Source: Paramecium tetraurelia
Taxonomy: Eukaryota
Reading direction: 5' to 3'
Assembly (NCBI GenBank): GCA_000165425.1
Contig: CT868185.1
Coordinates: 124,001-188,000, forward strand
DNA length: 64,000 nt
Part shown: positions 13,688-26,499 of the stretch, one piece after another
How positions within the stretch are numbered: position 1 is the first letter of the stretch
Layout: each line of letters starts with the position of its first letter
Translations under genes and position numbers: made by a program
Notes under the pieces: generated by a model
The model's input: only the letters and a program-made list of their open reading frames with translations
The model's database searches: none
What the model was told of the DNA's origin: nothing

Positions 13688-15214
13688 ATGCCAAACAAAA
13701 CCAAGATTCTGAATTATATGAGACCAGCAATGGCCATCATTCCAGATGTAGCTGAGCCAGAACGAAGAGTATAATATTAAATACGAAATTTAGATTTTAT
13801 TTAAATATAGAGCTCTTTGGACAGCCATAGCAACATTGCTGTATTTGATTTGTTCATAGATCCCACTTTATGGAATTTACAAATCATCTGCAGGTGATCC
13901 ATTTTATTGGATGAGAGTCATCTTGGCATCAAACAGAGGTACTTTAATGGAATTGGGTATTTCCCCAATGGTCACAGCATCTATGATAATGTAACTATTG
14001 GCTGGTGCCAAATTGATTGACGTTGATTAGAATGTAAAGGAAGACAAATAACTGTATTCAGGAGCATAAAAATGTATAAATACTAATTGATTTTCTAGTG
14101 TTGGGAATTCTTATTGCTTTTGGAGAAGCCTTCGCTTATGTCTGGTCAGGAATGTATGGAGATTTGGATAAATTGGGTGCAGGAAATGCAATTCTTATTA
14201 TAATATAGTTGGTATTTTCAGCAATTGTCATGATAATGATTGATGAATTACTATCAAAGGGATATGGAATTGGAAACTCAGGAACTTCTTTGTTTATAGC
14301 TATAAATATCTGTGAGAACATTATGTGGAAAGCATTTTCACCAATTACTCACAAAACTGAATTGGGATTAGAATATGAAGGAGCCATTATTGCATTATTA
14401 CATGGATTGTTTGTATAGAGTGACAAAATCAGTGCTCTTCAATCAGCCATATTGAGAGATTCATTACCAAACCTAACTAACTTGTTGGCAACAGTATTGG
14501 TCTTTTTGATTGTCATCTACTTCTAAGGATTCAAAGTCGATATCCCAATCAAAAACAATAAAGTCAGAGGAGGATTAACATCATATCCTATCAAATTGTT
14601 TTATACCTCCAACATCCCAATCATCCTATAGACTGCATTAGTTTCAAACCTCTATTTCCTTTCATAAATTCTTTACAGAAACTTCAAGGGCAACTTCTTA
14701 ATCAGATTATTGGGATATTATCAAGAATTAGAGAATGGATAGACTGTTCCTATTGGAGGATTAGTGTATTATGTGTCACCTCCAAGATCAATTTCAGAAG
14801 CTATCTTCGATCCAATCCACACCATCCTCTATACTGCATTCATTCTTGGAACCTGTGCTGTGTTCTCAAAAACTTGGATTGATGTTTCAGGATCATCACC
14901 AAAAGATGTATTGCTTTTTAAATATATTCATAGGTTGCCAAATAATTGAAGGAACAAGACATGTAAATTGTTGGATACAGAGATTCATCCATGAAGGACG
15001 TATTAAAGAGATACATCCCAATTGCTGCTTCCTTTGGAGGTATGTGCATTGGTGCTTTGACCATTCTTGCTGATTTCTTGGGTGCCATCGGTTCAGGTAT
15101 GAATTTATGTTAATTTCCAAAGGAACTGGTATTTTGTTGAGTGTTACAATCATATATGGCTATTTTGAAACCTTAAAGAAGGAAAAAGAATAGGGTACAT
15201 TAGAGTTGTTTTGA
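13688..15214 (+). CDS. SEC61A: Protein translocon subunit Sec61 alpha
   Basis: [70 protein letters not shown]; four tiny introns. Confidence 0.97.
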
Positions 15215-15293
15215 TATAATTAAATATTTTTTTAAGTACATAACATCTATGACGCAGAATGTGTTAAAAGAAGAAATAACAAATTAAATATCA

Positions 15294-15692
15294 TCATATA
15301 TTTGAGTTGAGTATCGGATTTTAAACTATTACATTGTACAATTTACGAACAGACGTAATAGTATTCTCAACTACACTCTAGACAATGAAATGATGAGGAG
15401 GCACCCTCAACAAACTCACGCCAGCAGTTCGGATGTCAGGAATTGTAGATTCGGTCTCACTTTGGCTACTGAGAGCCTTACGACGATACTCATTATAAGC
15501 GATTTTAGCTTCATGGTAGGTGACCTTCAATTCTCGAGCCGCATCTTTTAATTAAACACCTTTATTAATTAGAATGATGAGGTCTTTTTTTTATTAAGAA
15601 GTAAGAGGTTGATGAATGCGAGTAGGCTATACTTTCTTTATTTTTTACATTTCCATTTCGACTTGTTTCTTGATTTCGTCTAAAATTTTCAT
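15294..15692 (-). CDS. Small helix-turn-helix protein (ciliate-expanded family)
   Basis: KKDLIILINKGVQLKDAARELKVTYHEAKIAY tri-helical HTH pattern; 132-aa intronless ORF. Confidence 0.65.
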
Positions 15693-16884
15693 TTTGTAAT
15701 TTTTACAATTCCATCTCCGTATGTTGTTTCCTTATATTATCCATATAACGATAAATCATAGTGCGATCGGTTAATTTTATGATGTAAAGCATATTTCCTA
15801 TAAGAATCATTAACTACGTCATATATATAACCATGACATTCAAATCTAATCAGTATTAAATGATTATTCAAATATGTTGCGTATTATCAAAATTTAAATT
15901 TCCAATGATCTCTTAATTATAAAGGAAATCTTTCTTTTATAATTTATTTCGTTTAAATTCTCTATTAATCCTCCCCATCACTTATACTTCTATTAGATTA
16001 GCCATGAGTAGCTTTCAGGCTAATTTACTAATAAGATCATAAAATTATAAAATACTGAAAAACATCGATACAAAAAAGATCATTTCTTTAGTTAATATTC
16101 GTCAATTGCCCTTGAAAAGTGAATATCCAATTCTAAACCTAGGAAATCACTTCACTCTTTCATGAATTTTAAGGATCAAATAAAAATGCATATTGAGTAC
16201 AATTTAACATCAAACTATGTTTCATAGTACGTCTTAACATCAGAAAAAATAAAATAAGAGAAGGAGCAGCAGATTCGAAATTAACTGTTTCAAAAATAAT
16301 AGAACTTCCAGAAGTATTATAAAATTTATTCTTGGAGAGAAGAATAATTTAGTTGTCCAAATATATATTTTTAATAAAGGTATTTTTAGAATAGCCCTCC
16401 TAATATTATTCTCTTACTAAAAATATGACTCACCTTCTAAAGTTTACATTTAAAATAATAAATCGCATGATAAGTTTCAGCATTAAGCATTATCAAAAAT
16501 CATAAATATCAAAGGCTTTTAAGGTTCTTCTAAACTATTCTAAATATTATATTGTATGTTCTATATAGACAAAACGTGTATCTTTTCATTTTTTAGCTCT
16601 AAACATAAACGATTTCATTGTAATAATACGTATCCAAATTTAAATAAGATAAAATTGGAATTTAAACTGTGTTTTATCCTAACGATCTTTTATTCTTTAA
16701 TAAGTGTCAATCAAATTCTCAAAGCTTAAAGTTATACATGGTAATTTTGTTTAAGAACTTTCGAATATAAGTTGAATTAGTAAACATGTATTCCGACCAA
16801 TGAATTTCCAATTTTAAGCTTATTAAATTGTTATTGTTTTTAATTAAATATTTTCAACCCAAATGAATATATAAAAATACAAAA

Positions 16885-19353
16885 TCAAAGTCCAGCTTCA
16901 TCATCATCATCGTTTCCACTAAATAATTTAAGCTATTCATAATTTCCTTTTTCCATATAAGATGAGAACTTCTTTGGTGGTTTACTACTAAACAGTCTAT
17001 AATTAATTATAAAAATAACTACTTCAAAATCTTATCCTTTAAGAAATGACTGACTAAAAGGACACCTAAAAAGGCTAAAAGATACCATAAATACGAATTT
17101 TGTTTTGTAGTATTTGGTTATTAAGTTTGAGGGTCTTTAATTGATATTTTACTAATTTTGGGTTATTTGATATCAATATCTTGGATTTCAGTATTATTGA
17201 ATTAAGTAGTATTTGCTTAGGTATTGGGACAAGGAGTTTCGACTGGTGAAAGATCAATTCCACCTTAGCAATAATCTCCAGAAACCTTTCTGTAGCCTTG
17301 TGTTTTCATGTAAGTCTATTTGCAATTAGCAGGGGGTTTTAATAAATCTGGAGTGTCATCCTCTTCAAATTTATCTGCGATTGGCACACAAGGTCCTCCT
17401 TCGATTTTTCTATAGAATCCAAAATCACATTCCCAATCATCCTCAATGCAAGGACAAGTTTCGATAAAGAACTTTTTATCAATTTCCTCTTGATTGAAAC
17501 ACTTGACTTCTCTCTTTCTTCTGATATATTTGATTTTTCTACCAAATAAACATTTACCAGATTCAAAGTTTTTAGGAATCCAAAATTCATAATCTGATTC
17601 AGGCATTGTTGGATCCCAAGCACCAGAACAAACTCTTTAATGAAGTGTTTAGAAATTCAAAGCTACGACATATCCTTTCAATTGATTCTCTTATGATCTG
17701 CTCTATCCATATACAATGAACTTCTATTCCATGTTTGAAGGTTCTGTGACTATGTTTTGAATTTCTAATTCCCTTTCTCCAATTTTCACCTCTTCCCATG
17801 AAAACCCTTGATCCCAAGAATAAATAATTTTATTAATGGGCTTATCGTCTTGTCCCATAACAATGAGACCCCCTCTATCTCCAATTTCATACATATGTGA
17901 ACCCTTTCTGATTTCAAACCATTCATGACCTCCATCTCTGGTCAGATAGGTATTGACTTCGTGATCTTTCTAGGTCAAATATAAACCGGTATTTCCAACA
18001 CCAATACTAAGTCCAGGGGCATTTTAACTAGAATAAAGAGGATTTTAATTGGCCTCTGTTCTTCCTTTCAGATGCAAAGAGCAGTCTCCAGAACATTAAA
18101 TTTCATCTCCTTTTGAATCGATTTCTGGAGCTTTTAATGGATGCCATTAACCTCCTCTATCATAAGAGATGAACTAAAAAATATGAATTTAGTAATCGTA
18201 CAGTTTTTTTGTATAATTCTAAGGTGGCAGGAGTGATAGAACTTCTAGATTTTGATTTCTCTACTTCTTGATGATCAAACACGTTGGCAACATAAACTCC
18301 TTCCATGCCTAGCATTCTCTCGAAGTCACAATTTCCAGTATCAAGCGATCTCACATTATGTAACAAAGATAGAGTGAATTTAAATCCTCTAAAATCACTT
18401 ACGTATACATTAGTTAATCTTTGATTTTCTTCTTTATGAGAAACAGACAAAAATATCTATCCTTCTGAAGTGTCAAGGATTGTAAACGTATGTTAATTCA
18501 AAGGGATTGGTAATTATACAGGTTAGGGTTAGAATTTGTCTAAATAAGCCGGAGCAATTAGCAATTCATATCCAGTTTCTCCATCTTCGCCTGTAGTAAG
18601 AACAAAAATATAATGAGATGTTTGGAAGAACCCCAAAGCATTTTCTTGCATAGTTTAGACAGTAGCAAAATAGTCATCAGAGTAGGAAATAACAGATTTG
18701 CCTTCCTTCATATGACACACTATTATCCTTTAATCAGGAATTAGTTGATATTGTAAGAGCTTATCCCAAGCTGCATCTCTAACATAATTTAATGCTGACT
18801 TCCAAGTTTCACCTCCATCCTCAGTCACATAAATTGACTTCTTGTAAAAGTCCTTACAATTAATATCGTTTTTGCCACAGGGTTTATCTTTAAAAGACAT
18901 AATCCATTATGGATCCATCTTATTCAATTTGAAATCATAAAGATCTTCTGAATGTGTGAACCTTGTATAAGTTCTTCCGCAATTCTTAGATTTATAACTA
19001 ATACCATTTGAACCAAAAAAGAATATAACCCTTGAATCAGCTGGTGAAATATGAATACTTTCGAATTGTAATTATTTATTTTCTGGTTCCATCTTTTCCC
19101 AACTCTTTGTTTCATCCAACCAAGTTGTACCGTAATCTGCTGATCTCCATATTCTCCCCTTATCTGTAAGAATGAACAACACTTTTCTGCTCTCCTAATG
19201 AGTTTATTCAATTGTTTCATCATCCTTTGTAAATACAACAGATGATCCACACCAATATATATTAGATATTGGAGATTCAAGCTCATTAAATGAAACCTTC
19301 ACTTCATTCTACCCTTACACACATAAAATCAACAGACCTAGAATTATTATCAT
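16885..19353 (-). CDS. VPS10-domain / sortilin-like sorting receptor
   Basis: Signal peptide MIIILGLLILCVQG; Asp-box repeats (RSADYGTTW, TEDGGETW, TRDGGHEW); 10CC module CLFGRKIKYIRRK..CPCIEDDWECDFGF; TM YLWYLLAFLGVLLV; tail YEQL..DDDDEAGL. Confidence 0.93.
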
Positions 19354-19426
19354 TTCTTAAATAATAACACGTAAATTAATTAATATATGTATCAAAGCAC
19401 TACTCATTCATATATATTTTCTGTTA

Positions 19427-19970
19427 ATGAATAAAAATTATTCCTTAAGCTATACTATTTTAAGAAAAAAATCAGCCTTACAAACCCCAGAGCCTACAAA
19501 AATTGCATAACAATAAAGTTTAAATAAGTCGAGAGCCAAATCAATCACTTCCACTGCAATCAAGTTATTTCTATATTCTAACTTATTTTAGTAAACCAAT
19601 AACAATAATAAGGCCTCCTTCAATAAATTTAAATAAGATTGATACCAGTCCTTTTACTTTTGCCAATAGACTCTCTAATGACGGTTCTACTGATTAAACC
19701 AACTCTGCCAGTCTTAATAGCGATCAAGAACATTAAGGAACTACCATACTATAAAAGAATAATTAAGACCAGCTTTAAATTCTGAAACGCTAAAAGCAAA
19801 TTCTTGAGTATAGACTTAGATAGGAGACAGAATCATGTTAGCAATATTAATAAAACTATCATAACTTATAGGAACTTTTACAAAAATTAGAACATGCTAA
19901 AACAAATTATATTAATGAAATGAACTCCTTTACTTAATGCTTAAGGTTGGTTTTGAATAATACTGATTGA
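19427..19970 (+). CDS. Small hypothetical coiled-coil protein
   Basis: Code-6 frame with one intron (about 19564-19591); C-terminal heptad-like LQELLQKLEHAK; TGA 19968-19970. Confidence 0.55.
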
Positions 19971-20007
19971 TTTTAGTTTAATTATAATTTATAAAAATGA
20001 ATATATA

Positions 20008-21697
20008 TCAATATATTGCCTAGGTGAGTTCACATAATTGATCATAAATATCCTATAACTAATTATGTGTAGTTTTGAATGAAAAGTTTTCTAATTAATT
20101 ATGTTCAACTAAGATTTCGCTCTCATTGTAAGATATATTACATTCATTAATGTTATATATCATTTGAGCCTTAAGACAATTTTAATTTTTAAAAATTTAA
20201 ATCTATCTATTGTTATACTGCAAATATCTAAGATATTAAAATGTTTTACTTCTCTTGGATTGCTTCATCTTCAAATTTGACTAAGCAATTTCCAATATTT
20301 TTGATATAAAGGTCAGTCGAATCACTATTAAATTCATTACTACTTTTCTTTGAAGAAGACAATGAATTTATCGAATCCAACACTGCAATTTCATTAACAT
20401 TAGGTCTCTATTTCGGATCATTTTTCATACATTCTAAAATAATTTCTGATATTTTAGAATGTTTATCTTTTAAAATCTGTGGAAGTATGCCCTTTTTGGC
20501 TTCATTCATCACTTTAATTGCCTCCATCGAAGTAGATGTAGGATGAAATAATAGTAAAATTATCAAACCTAACGCATAGATATCACTTTTTTAATCAGAA
20601 AAGCTTTTGTTTATTTTTTAATTAATCTATTCAGGGGCTGCATACATTCTTGTACAGATATCGTCATCATCATCTTGATCCTCAAAGTCATAAAATTATT
20701 TAAGTTTTGCAACTAAACCAAAATCTCCTATTTTCACATCATCTGGATTATTCATGAAAATGTTTCCAGGTTTCAAATCTCTGTGTACCAGCTTACATTC
20801 ATTATGCAAATAATCCAATCCTTTAATAATTTGATCCAATATCATTTTGGCTTCTGTTACGTACTTCTACTGAATATTTTGATAGTCATCATCCTTACTT
20901 TTCCTGAGTTTCAACAACTGTGCATTTCTTTATTATAAATAATTCTCTAGTGTTTGTTGACAAAACTCAGTCTAAATGTAAAAGATGATTCTATCAAATT
21001 CAATCTTTTTTTCATCTTAGCTAATTGACTTTTTATTTTGATTAATAGGAATATGCTTTTTTCTGGTTCCTCGGCATTTTTGTTGAATTTCATCTTCTTA
21101 TTCAGAATAACTAATCTGGTCATTTTAAGAATCTTTAAAAAAAATTATATTCTCCAGATCATTCCTTGAATTTTATTATGAGTCACTAAAATTAATATTA
21201 TTCCTATCGAATTAAAAGTCGTTCGTCTCTGGCTCTTGTTTCCACGTCTTGATAGAATCCACCTTATTTGGCATCACTTCAACCCAAGAATTGAAGTATC
21301 TTATAATTTTGGGATGTGATAGTCGGGCTAAGTATTTAACTTCTGAAAAGGAACTTATTCATTAAAACTTTATACCTCTTTAAGCTCTTTCGATATTCTT
21401 CTCTTGACTCTCCTTCAAGTCTTTTCCTTTGAGTTCAATCTGTAAAATATATATTTTTCTATACTTCTTTCAAAGCATAAGTATTTTTATCAAGAAGGTT
21501 GCTTACTTTGTACACCTTAGAGAATCCGCCCTTTCCTATCCTCCCTAGCACCTTGAAATCCGATTCTAATCTCTAAAATAAAATATATAATATTTAAGTG
21601 TTTTTTATATAGTAGGAGCTGTTTTAATGAAAACAATGATTGAGTGATATACCTTAGATTGCAAGGCGGCTAGTTTGGCAAGATCGATTGGAAGCAT
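20008..21697 (-). CDS. eIF2-alpha-family (GCN2/PERK/HRI-like) protein kinase with C-terminal PH-like extension
   Basis: [42 protein letters not shown], kinase insert, [40 protein letters not shown]. The start codon depends on an inferred 80-nt first intron. Confidence 0.85.
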
Positions 21698-22618
21698 TAC
21701 GAATCAATTTATTAGAAAAATATTATAATATTTTAGAAATATTAATCTTTAGCTAAGTATCACATATTTTGTTCTATTTTCAAATCCATTATTCAACAAT
21801 AATAATTCATAAATTTCAAAGTCAGTTATTAGTTCTCCTCAGAAATATGAATAATTAATATAAGAAAATAAGTGTGTTTTATTAAAATTAAAAATTTATT
21901 CTAACAAAATAAATCTTTTATAAAATATCAAAAAGAATTAATAATTTCTATGAATTTATAGTTCTCTTGATATTTTCTCATAGACTAAGAAATTTAAATA
22001 AATATGGTGATAGAGTAATTACTATTCTTAAATAATATTTTTTAAAATTATTTTATTTTAGAAAATAATACTATTTCAATTAAATTCTTCCATATATGAT
22101 CCTTTATCTAAGATATATCGACGAATAAAAGTAATTTTCTTAGTCTTATATCACTTAATGCAAATAATAATGATCTTTTCTATTTAGTATTGTGTACCTA
22201 AAGGATATAAATAAAGACTCTACTTTGAAACATTTTCCAAATTTATAGGGTTTGTTAAAAATCATTAAATGGACAATTCATTCTGCATCTAATCACTTCT
22301 ATACACAAAGATTAATATCTTAAATTCATAAAATCATTATCTTAAATTTGGTTATTTCATTTAAAAAAGAACTCAATAAAATAGTAGGTATTTCATATTT
22401 TTTGAATATATCTTTCTAATGATAATGATGTTTAACTATTTTTGATAATTACGAAAAGGGTAGTTTCAAAATCTAACAAAATTTTTACTATTTTGATATT
22501 CCCATAGTTCTTCAGCTTTATATCAATGCTTAGTAAATTATGTAGCAAAACTACTCAATCTATCTAATTCTTCTTCACTTGAATTTAAGGATAACATTAA
22601 TTATTTTAGTAATTAATA

Positions 22619-23637
22619 ATGTCCTAAAGGAAGAAAAAAATTGAATCAACACCAACAAGAGTTGCTTTGGTTTGCTTGAAGACTACACAGAATAATATCT
22701 AAATCAATAATCAGTCTTTATTAAAAGTATTCTCCAAACATGGCTCTATATCAAAAGTATTACAAACTTGTGATATATAATATAATAGATTTTAATATTT
22801 GAAAGAGGATAGCTTTAAACGAAAGTATTCATAGAATATGATGAAGTTGATTCCGCTATAGATGCAATCAAGTATGGATTCAATCCTTTATAGTAGATCT
22901 CTGAACAACACTAAAATCTTAAATTAAATTTCATGCAATGTTTATCACTCTAGGTTGAAATAACTTAAACTTGATACTGTTCCTTATACGAAAGGTCTGG
23001 ACTTTACTAACCCTCCTTCTAATACTGGCGAGTAAATGGAGTGGAATGAGGAATAACAAGAAATAGCCAGAATCAATTAATGGGAGGACTTCTAATTTGA
23101 TAATGATTCAACTGATGAGGTGTCTGATGAAGAGGAACCCTAGTTTTCAGAAGAGAAAATGATTGATATAATTACTAAACTCAATTAAATAGACGATGAA
23201 ATTAATAAAACAATTGAAACTAAAATTGTGACAGCTTTGGATAAATTACACTAAAATACTATGTGCATTCAGGTATTAATCACATATGATATATTGAATG
23301 ATATGAATTTCGTAATGAAAATATTTTGTCTCTTTGGATAAATTGTAAAATTTCATTTGCTATTTAGAAATATCTAAAATAAAGCTAAGTTTATATTTAT
23401 ATCAAATACGGATCCAATCAGTAATGCTAAAAAGCATTTACATTTTTAAAAGATTATTTAGAAATAAAACTTTAATATAATTTTGAAAATGCCAATGGTA
23501 AATTAATTCAACCCAATAATATTATTGATTAAAATTTATAGGAGACATTAGATGATTAATTGGCTATCTAAGAACTTTTCTAGTCATATAAAATTATTAA
23601 ATAGCAGAACAATAGCTTAATCTAGATAAAACAATGA
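22619..23637 (+). CDS. PTB/hnRNP-L-like RRM protein
   Basis: Spliced: LLKVFSKHGSISKILIFERGQLQTKVFIEYDEVDSAIDAIKSLNN..CNVYHSRLKQL..KGLDFTNP, resembling PTB RRM2; a second degenerate RRM follows; 3' end uncertain. Confidence 0.7.
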
Positions 23638-24397
23638 AGCAAATGAGATATTCAAAAATTAGTATTTCTCTCTTTTATTATCATCATTAATACAAATTGA
23701 TATATTATATTGCTAATTATACAGAAATTGATCTGAATAGATTTTATTTATTGGTTCTAATGAAATCAATGAATCTATTTTATAATGAAAATAAATTAAT
23801 TCAAAAAATTTAATTTTTTGAATTTAATATCTCTTTGGATTTTCATATATATATTAACATTTCATAGAATTCTAAATTTGATTATTTTAATATTTTAAAA
23901 TAAAAAAAAGTATTAGAATACAGGTTTAGTCTTAGAAAGTATATTTTTTTATACTTTCTTATTAATAGAATATATATTTGGTTTTAAAATATAAAAAGAA
24001 AGTTCGAAAGCATCATCCTATGATTCATGATCAAAAAATTTTCAAACTTTACTTTAAAAAAAATAATATTCTATGTGAATTTCATAATTAAAACTTCTTG
24101 ATCTCTTGAATTTATATCAGTAAGTACCATGCATTATTTATTAAATAAGTTTTAAATAATTGTATTACTTAAATTCATAATATTCTCTATCTACTAAATG
24201 AAGAATTCCTTCTAATCATTTTACAAACATTATTATCAAAAATAATTATTTACTTGTTTAATTATTTCTGGAACTGTAAATTACTTGAAAAATTTTTAAC
24301 CGTGAGAACACAGAAATAAAGACTGAGAATTAAAGAAGAATTTATCAAATTAGTAAACTTTTTATTTTAATATAAAATTATATGCAAATAGCTATAA

Positions 24398-24772
24398 TCA
24401 ATTTAAATACTGTAGTAACTTCTCTTCATCAAGTGTAGTCTAACTAAAGTTATCTTATTTTTTTTGATTTTTAGTATTTGATAATTAAACAAAATGCTTC
24501 TATCGAATAGTTTAGTGCATCTATTCGATCAAAGCAATTTACATCTTTGTAGCTGTTATAGTGGGGTAGTTAACGTTGGGTGATTTAACTTTCATTGGGG
24601 AATTAGGTTATGAATGTGTTTGAATTGGTTGAATTTTGGGTAACAATTTGGTTGAGGGGTTGATAGATGAAAATCTTTAAGAGGAGAGTGTTTAATTGAT
24701 ATCAGTGTCTATTTTGTACTTACGAAATAAGAAAGTGACTTACTTGAATTATTAATTATTATTGTTTTTCAT
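24398..24772 (-). CDS. Small hypothetical protein (124 aa)
   Basis: Intronless code-6 ORF MKNNNNQQFKQVTFLFRKYKID...EEKLLQYLN-TGA. Confidence 0.5.
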
Positions 24773-25112
24773 TAATAATATAAATATGATTCATTGGATG
24801 TATTTACTTCCCAACCAGAAATAGATGCTTTTTACCTAGAAATTGGAGGGATCATTTATTTCTTGGGTAATTCTAATATTCTTGGTGAACGAATAGAAAG
24901 AGATCGCTCACTTACGATTAAATCGTTTTTGAGGAAACAGATATGGGCAGTTTATTTTTTTTAGGTTGTGGTACTGGCCTTTTGAATTTGACCTTTTTCA
25001 TTATCTCATAAAAGAATTGTATTTGCTATTGTATTCTGATTTTTTTGTATAAATTGGAGATTTCATTAATTGGTGGTGATAAGGGATACTAGTCAATAAA
25101 TCTTCTGCTCAT
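24769..25112 (-). pseudogene. Small ORF interrupted by a frameshift in an A8 run (pseudogene or sequencing error)
   Basis: MSRRFIDQYPLSPP..PQPKK joins QTAHICFLKN..KASISGWEVNTSNESYLYYQ-TGA only if one A is added to the run at 24955-24962. Confidence 0.35.
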
Positions 25113-25917
25113 TTTTTTAATATATTTTATAACAAAATAAAAATATCAAAATGATCAAATTCCAAATTATGACATAAATATATTAAAGATTTTTAAATTA
25201 TTCTTCATTTTATTTTATGATTCTTACTTCTAAACCTTATCTTAAACCCTAGAGTTATCAATGCTCTTTTCATTAATCAAATTTCAGCAAAGCTCAGTCT
25301 AAAATTACTTTAAACCTTATCAAGAAGTGTATATAATAGCAAAATCTTATCTGGTTCTTCTTAGATTAGTTTGTTTAGAGACCTTAAACATTTATCAAAC
25401 TAATAATAATTCATTCAAAATAATTTGACTATATAATTCTTTAATGCCTATCTAACTTGAATAAAATTCCTTTAATACAAATTCTAGGAATGATATATTA
25501 TTCTCACTGCTTTATAAAAACTATGCTATTTTTAAATAAGTTTTATTCTACATCTTAATTTTATTTTTATGTAATTGTAAGTATTTAATTTCAGATTTCA
25601 ATATATTTTCGAATTCTAAAGTGAGTCAGTCTATTTTATAATATAGATCTTGTAACTCCCCAAATATCTCCCTAATTTATTTCAAATGGCATCTATTAAA
25701 TGTTGAATACACAAAATATATTAATGTTTCTTATAACTTCAATAAATTGATATATTATCTATTTAGCCAATTACTAGATTCTATGAATCAAAAGTTTAAA
25801 CAACTTAGTCTTTAATAAAGTTTTCTTTATAAATAATTGAATTAACAGTGTTACCTATAAAGGGATTTAGTTTTTGATATTTTATATAAATTTTATAATT
25901 AATCATTCCCATAGAAA

Positions 25918-26499
25918 ATGTCAAACCATTTCCCATAAGACAATTTTGAAATTTTTGATGTACAAACAGCCTTTGAATACTTACCAGATGAAACAATGGT
26001 AAAGGGAGCGATCATGTTATTTCTAACATATTTTGAAGATGGAGAGGGATTTGATGAATTAGTAAATTTATATGAAAAAGGAGGTTGGTAACAAGTTGGA
26101 ACACCAGCTTATTTGAAATTTGAATAATTGGCTCATTCAATGAAAGGAAGTTGTAGATATTTGGCACTTCATAGACTTGGGAAAAAATTAGAATTACTAC
26201 AATTTTTTATTAGAGATGGTAAAGAGATATAAGTGGCATCAATTCTGAATGAAGTTCTCGAGTAATGTCCTTACGCATAAAGAGCAGTTTTAAAGTATAT
26301 GGAAATGCCAGAGGACAAAGTAAGACACTATAAATTCGTATAACCATTTTATGATTACTATGGAAATGTTCAAATATGTCATAAACTCAATTACACTTTT
26401 CACAAATAGAAAAACAAGATGTCAGCTGTGCACAATAAACAGCCTTATTAACAATAAATGGTAAATTACACTGATTAAGATTAATGCAAAATATTTTGA
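25918..26499 (+). CDS. Histidine-phosphotransfer (HPt) domain protein with C-terminal CaaX box
   Basis: Intronless 193-aa ORF; FEQLAHSMKGSCRYLALHRLGKKLELLQ fits the HPt motif (AHxLKGSS), His codon 26134-26136; ends QCKIF-TGA. Confidence 0.82.

Noticed and set aside
15900..16800. Plus-strand coding-like fragment (KPRKSLHSFMNFKDQIK...)
   Set aside because: Interrupted by TGA with no coherent model; may be a decayed duplicate but I cannot support it.
25170..25850. Open plus-strand frame upstream of the HPt gene, checked for a partner kinase or receiver domain
   Set aside because: No H-box, ATPase or receiver motifs; composition looks non-coding. No other two-component gene was seen in the window.
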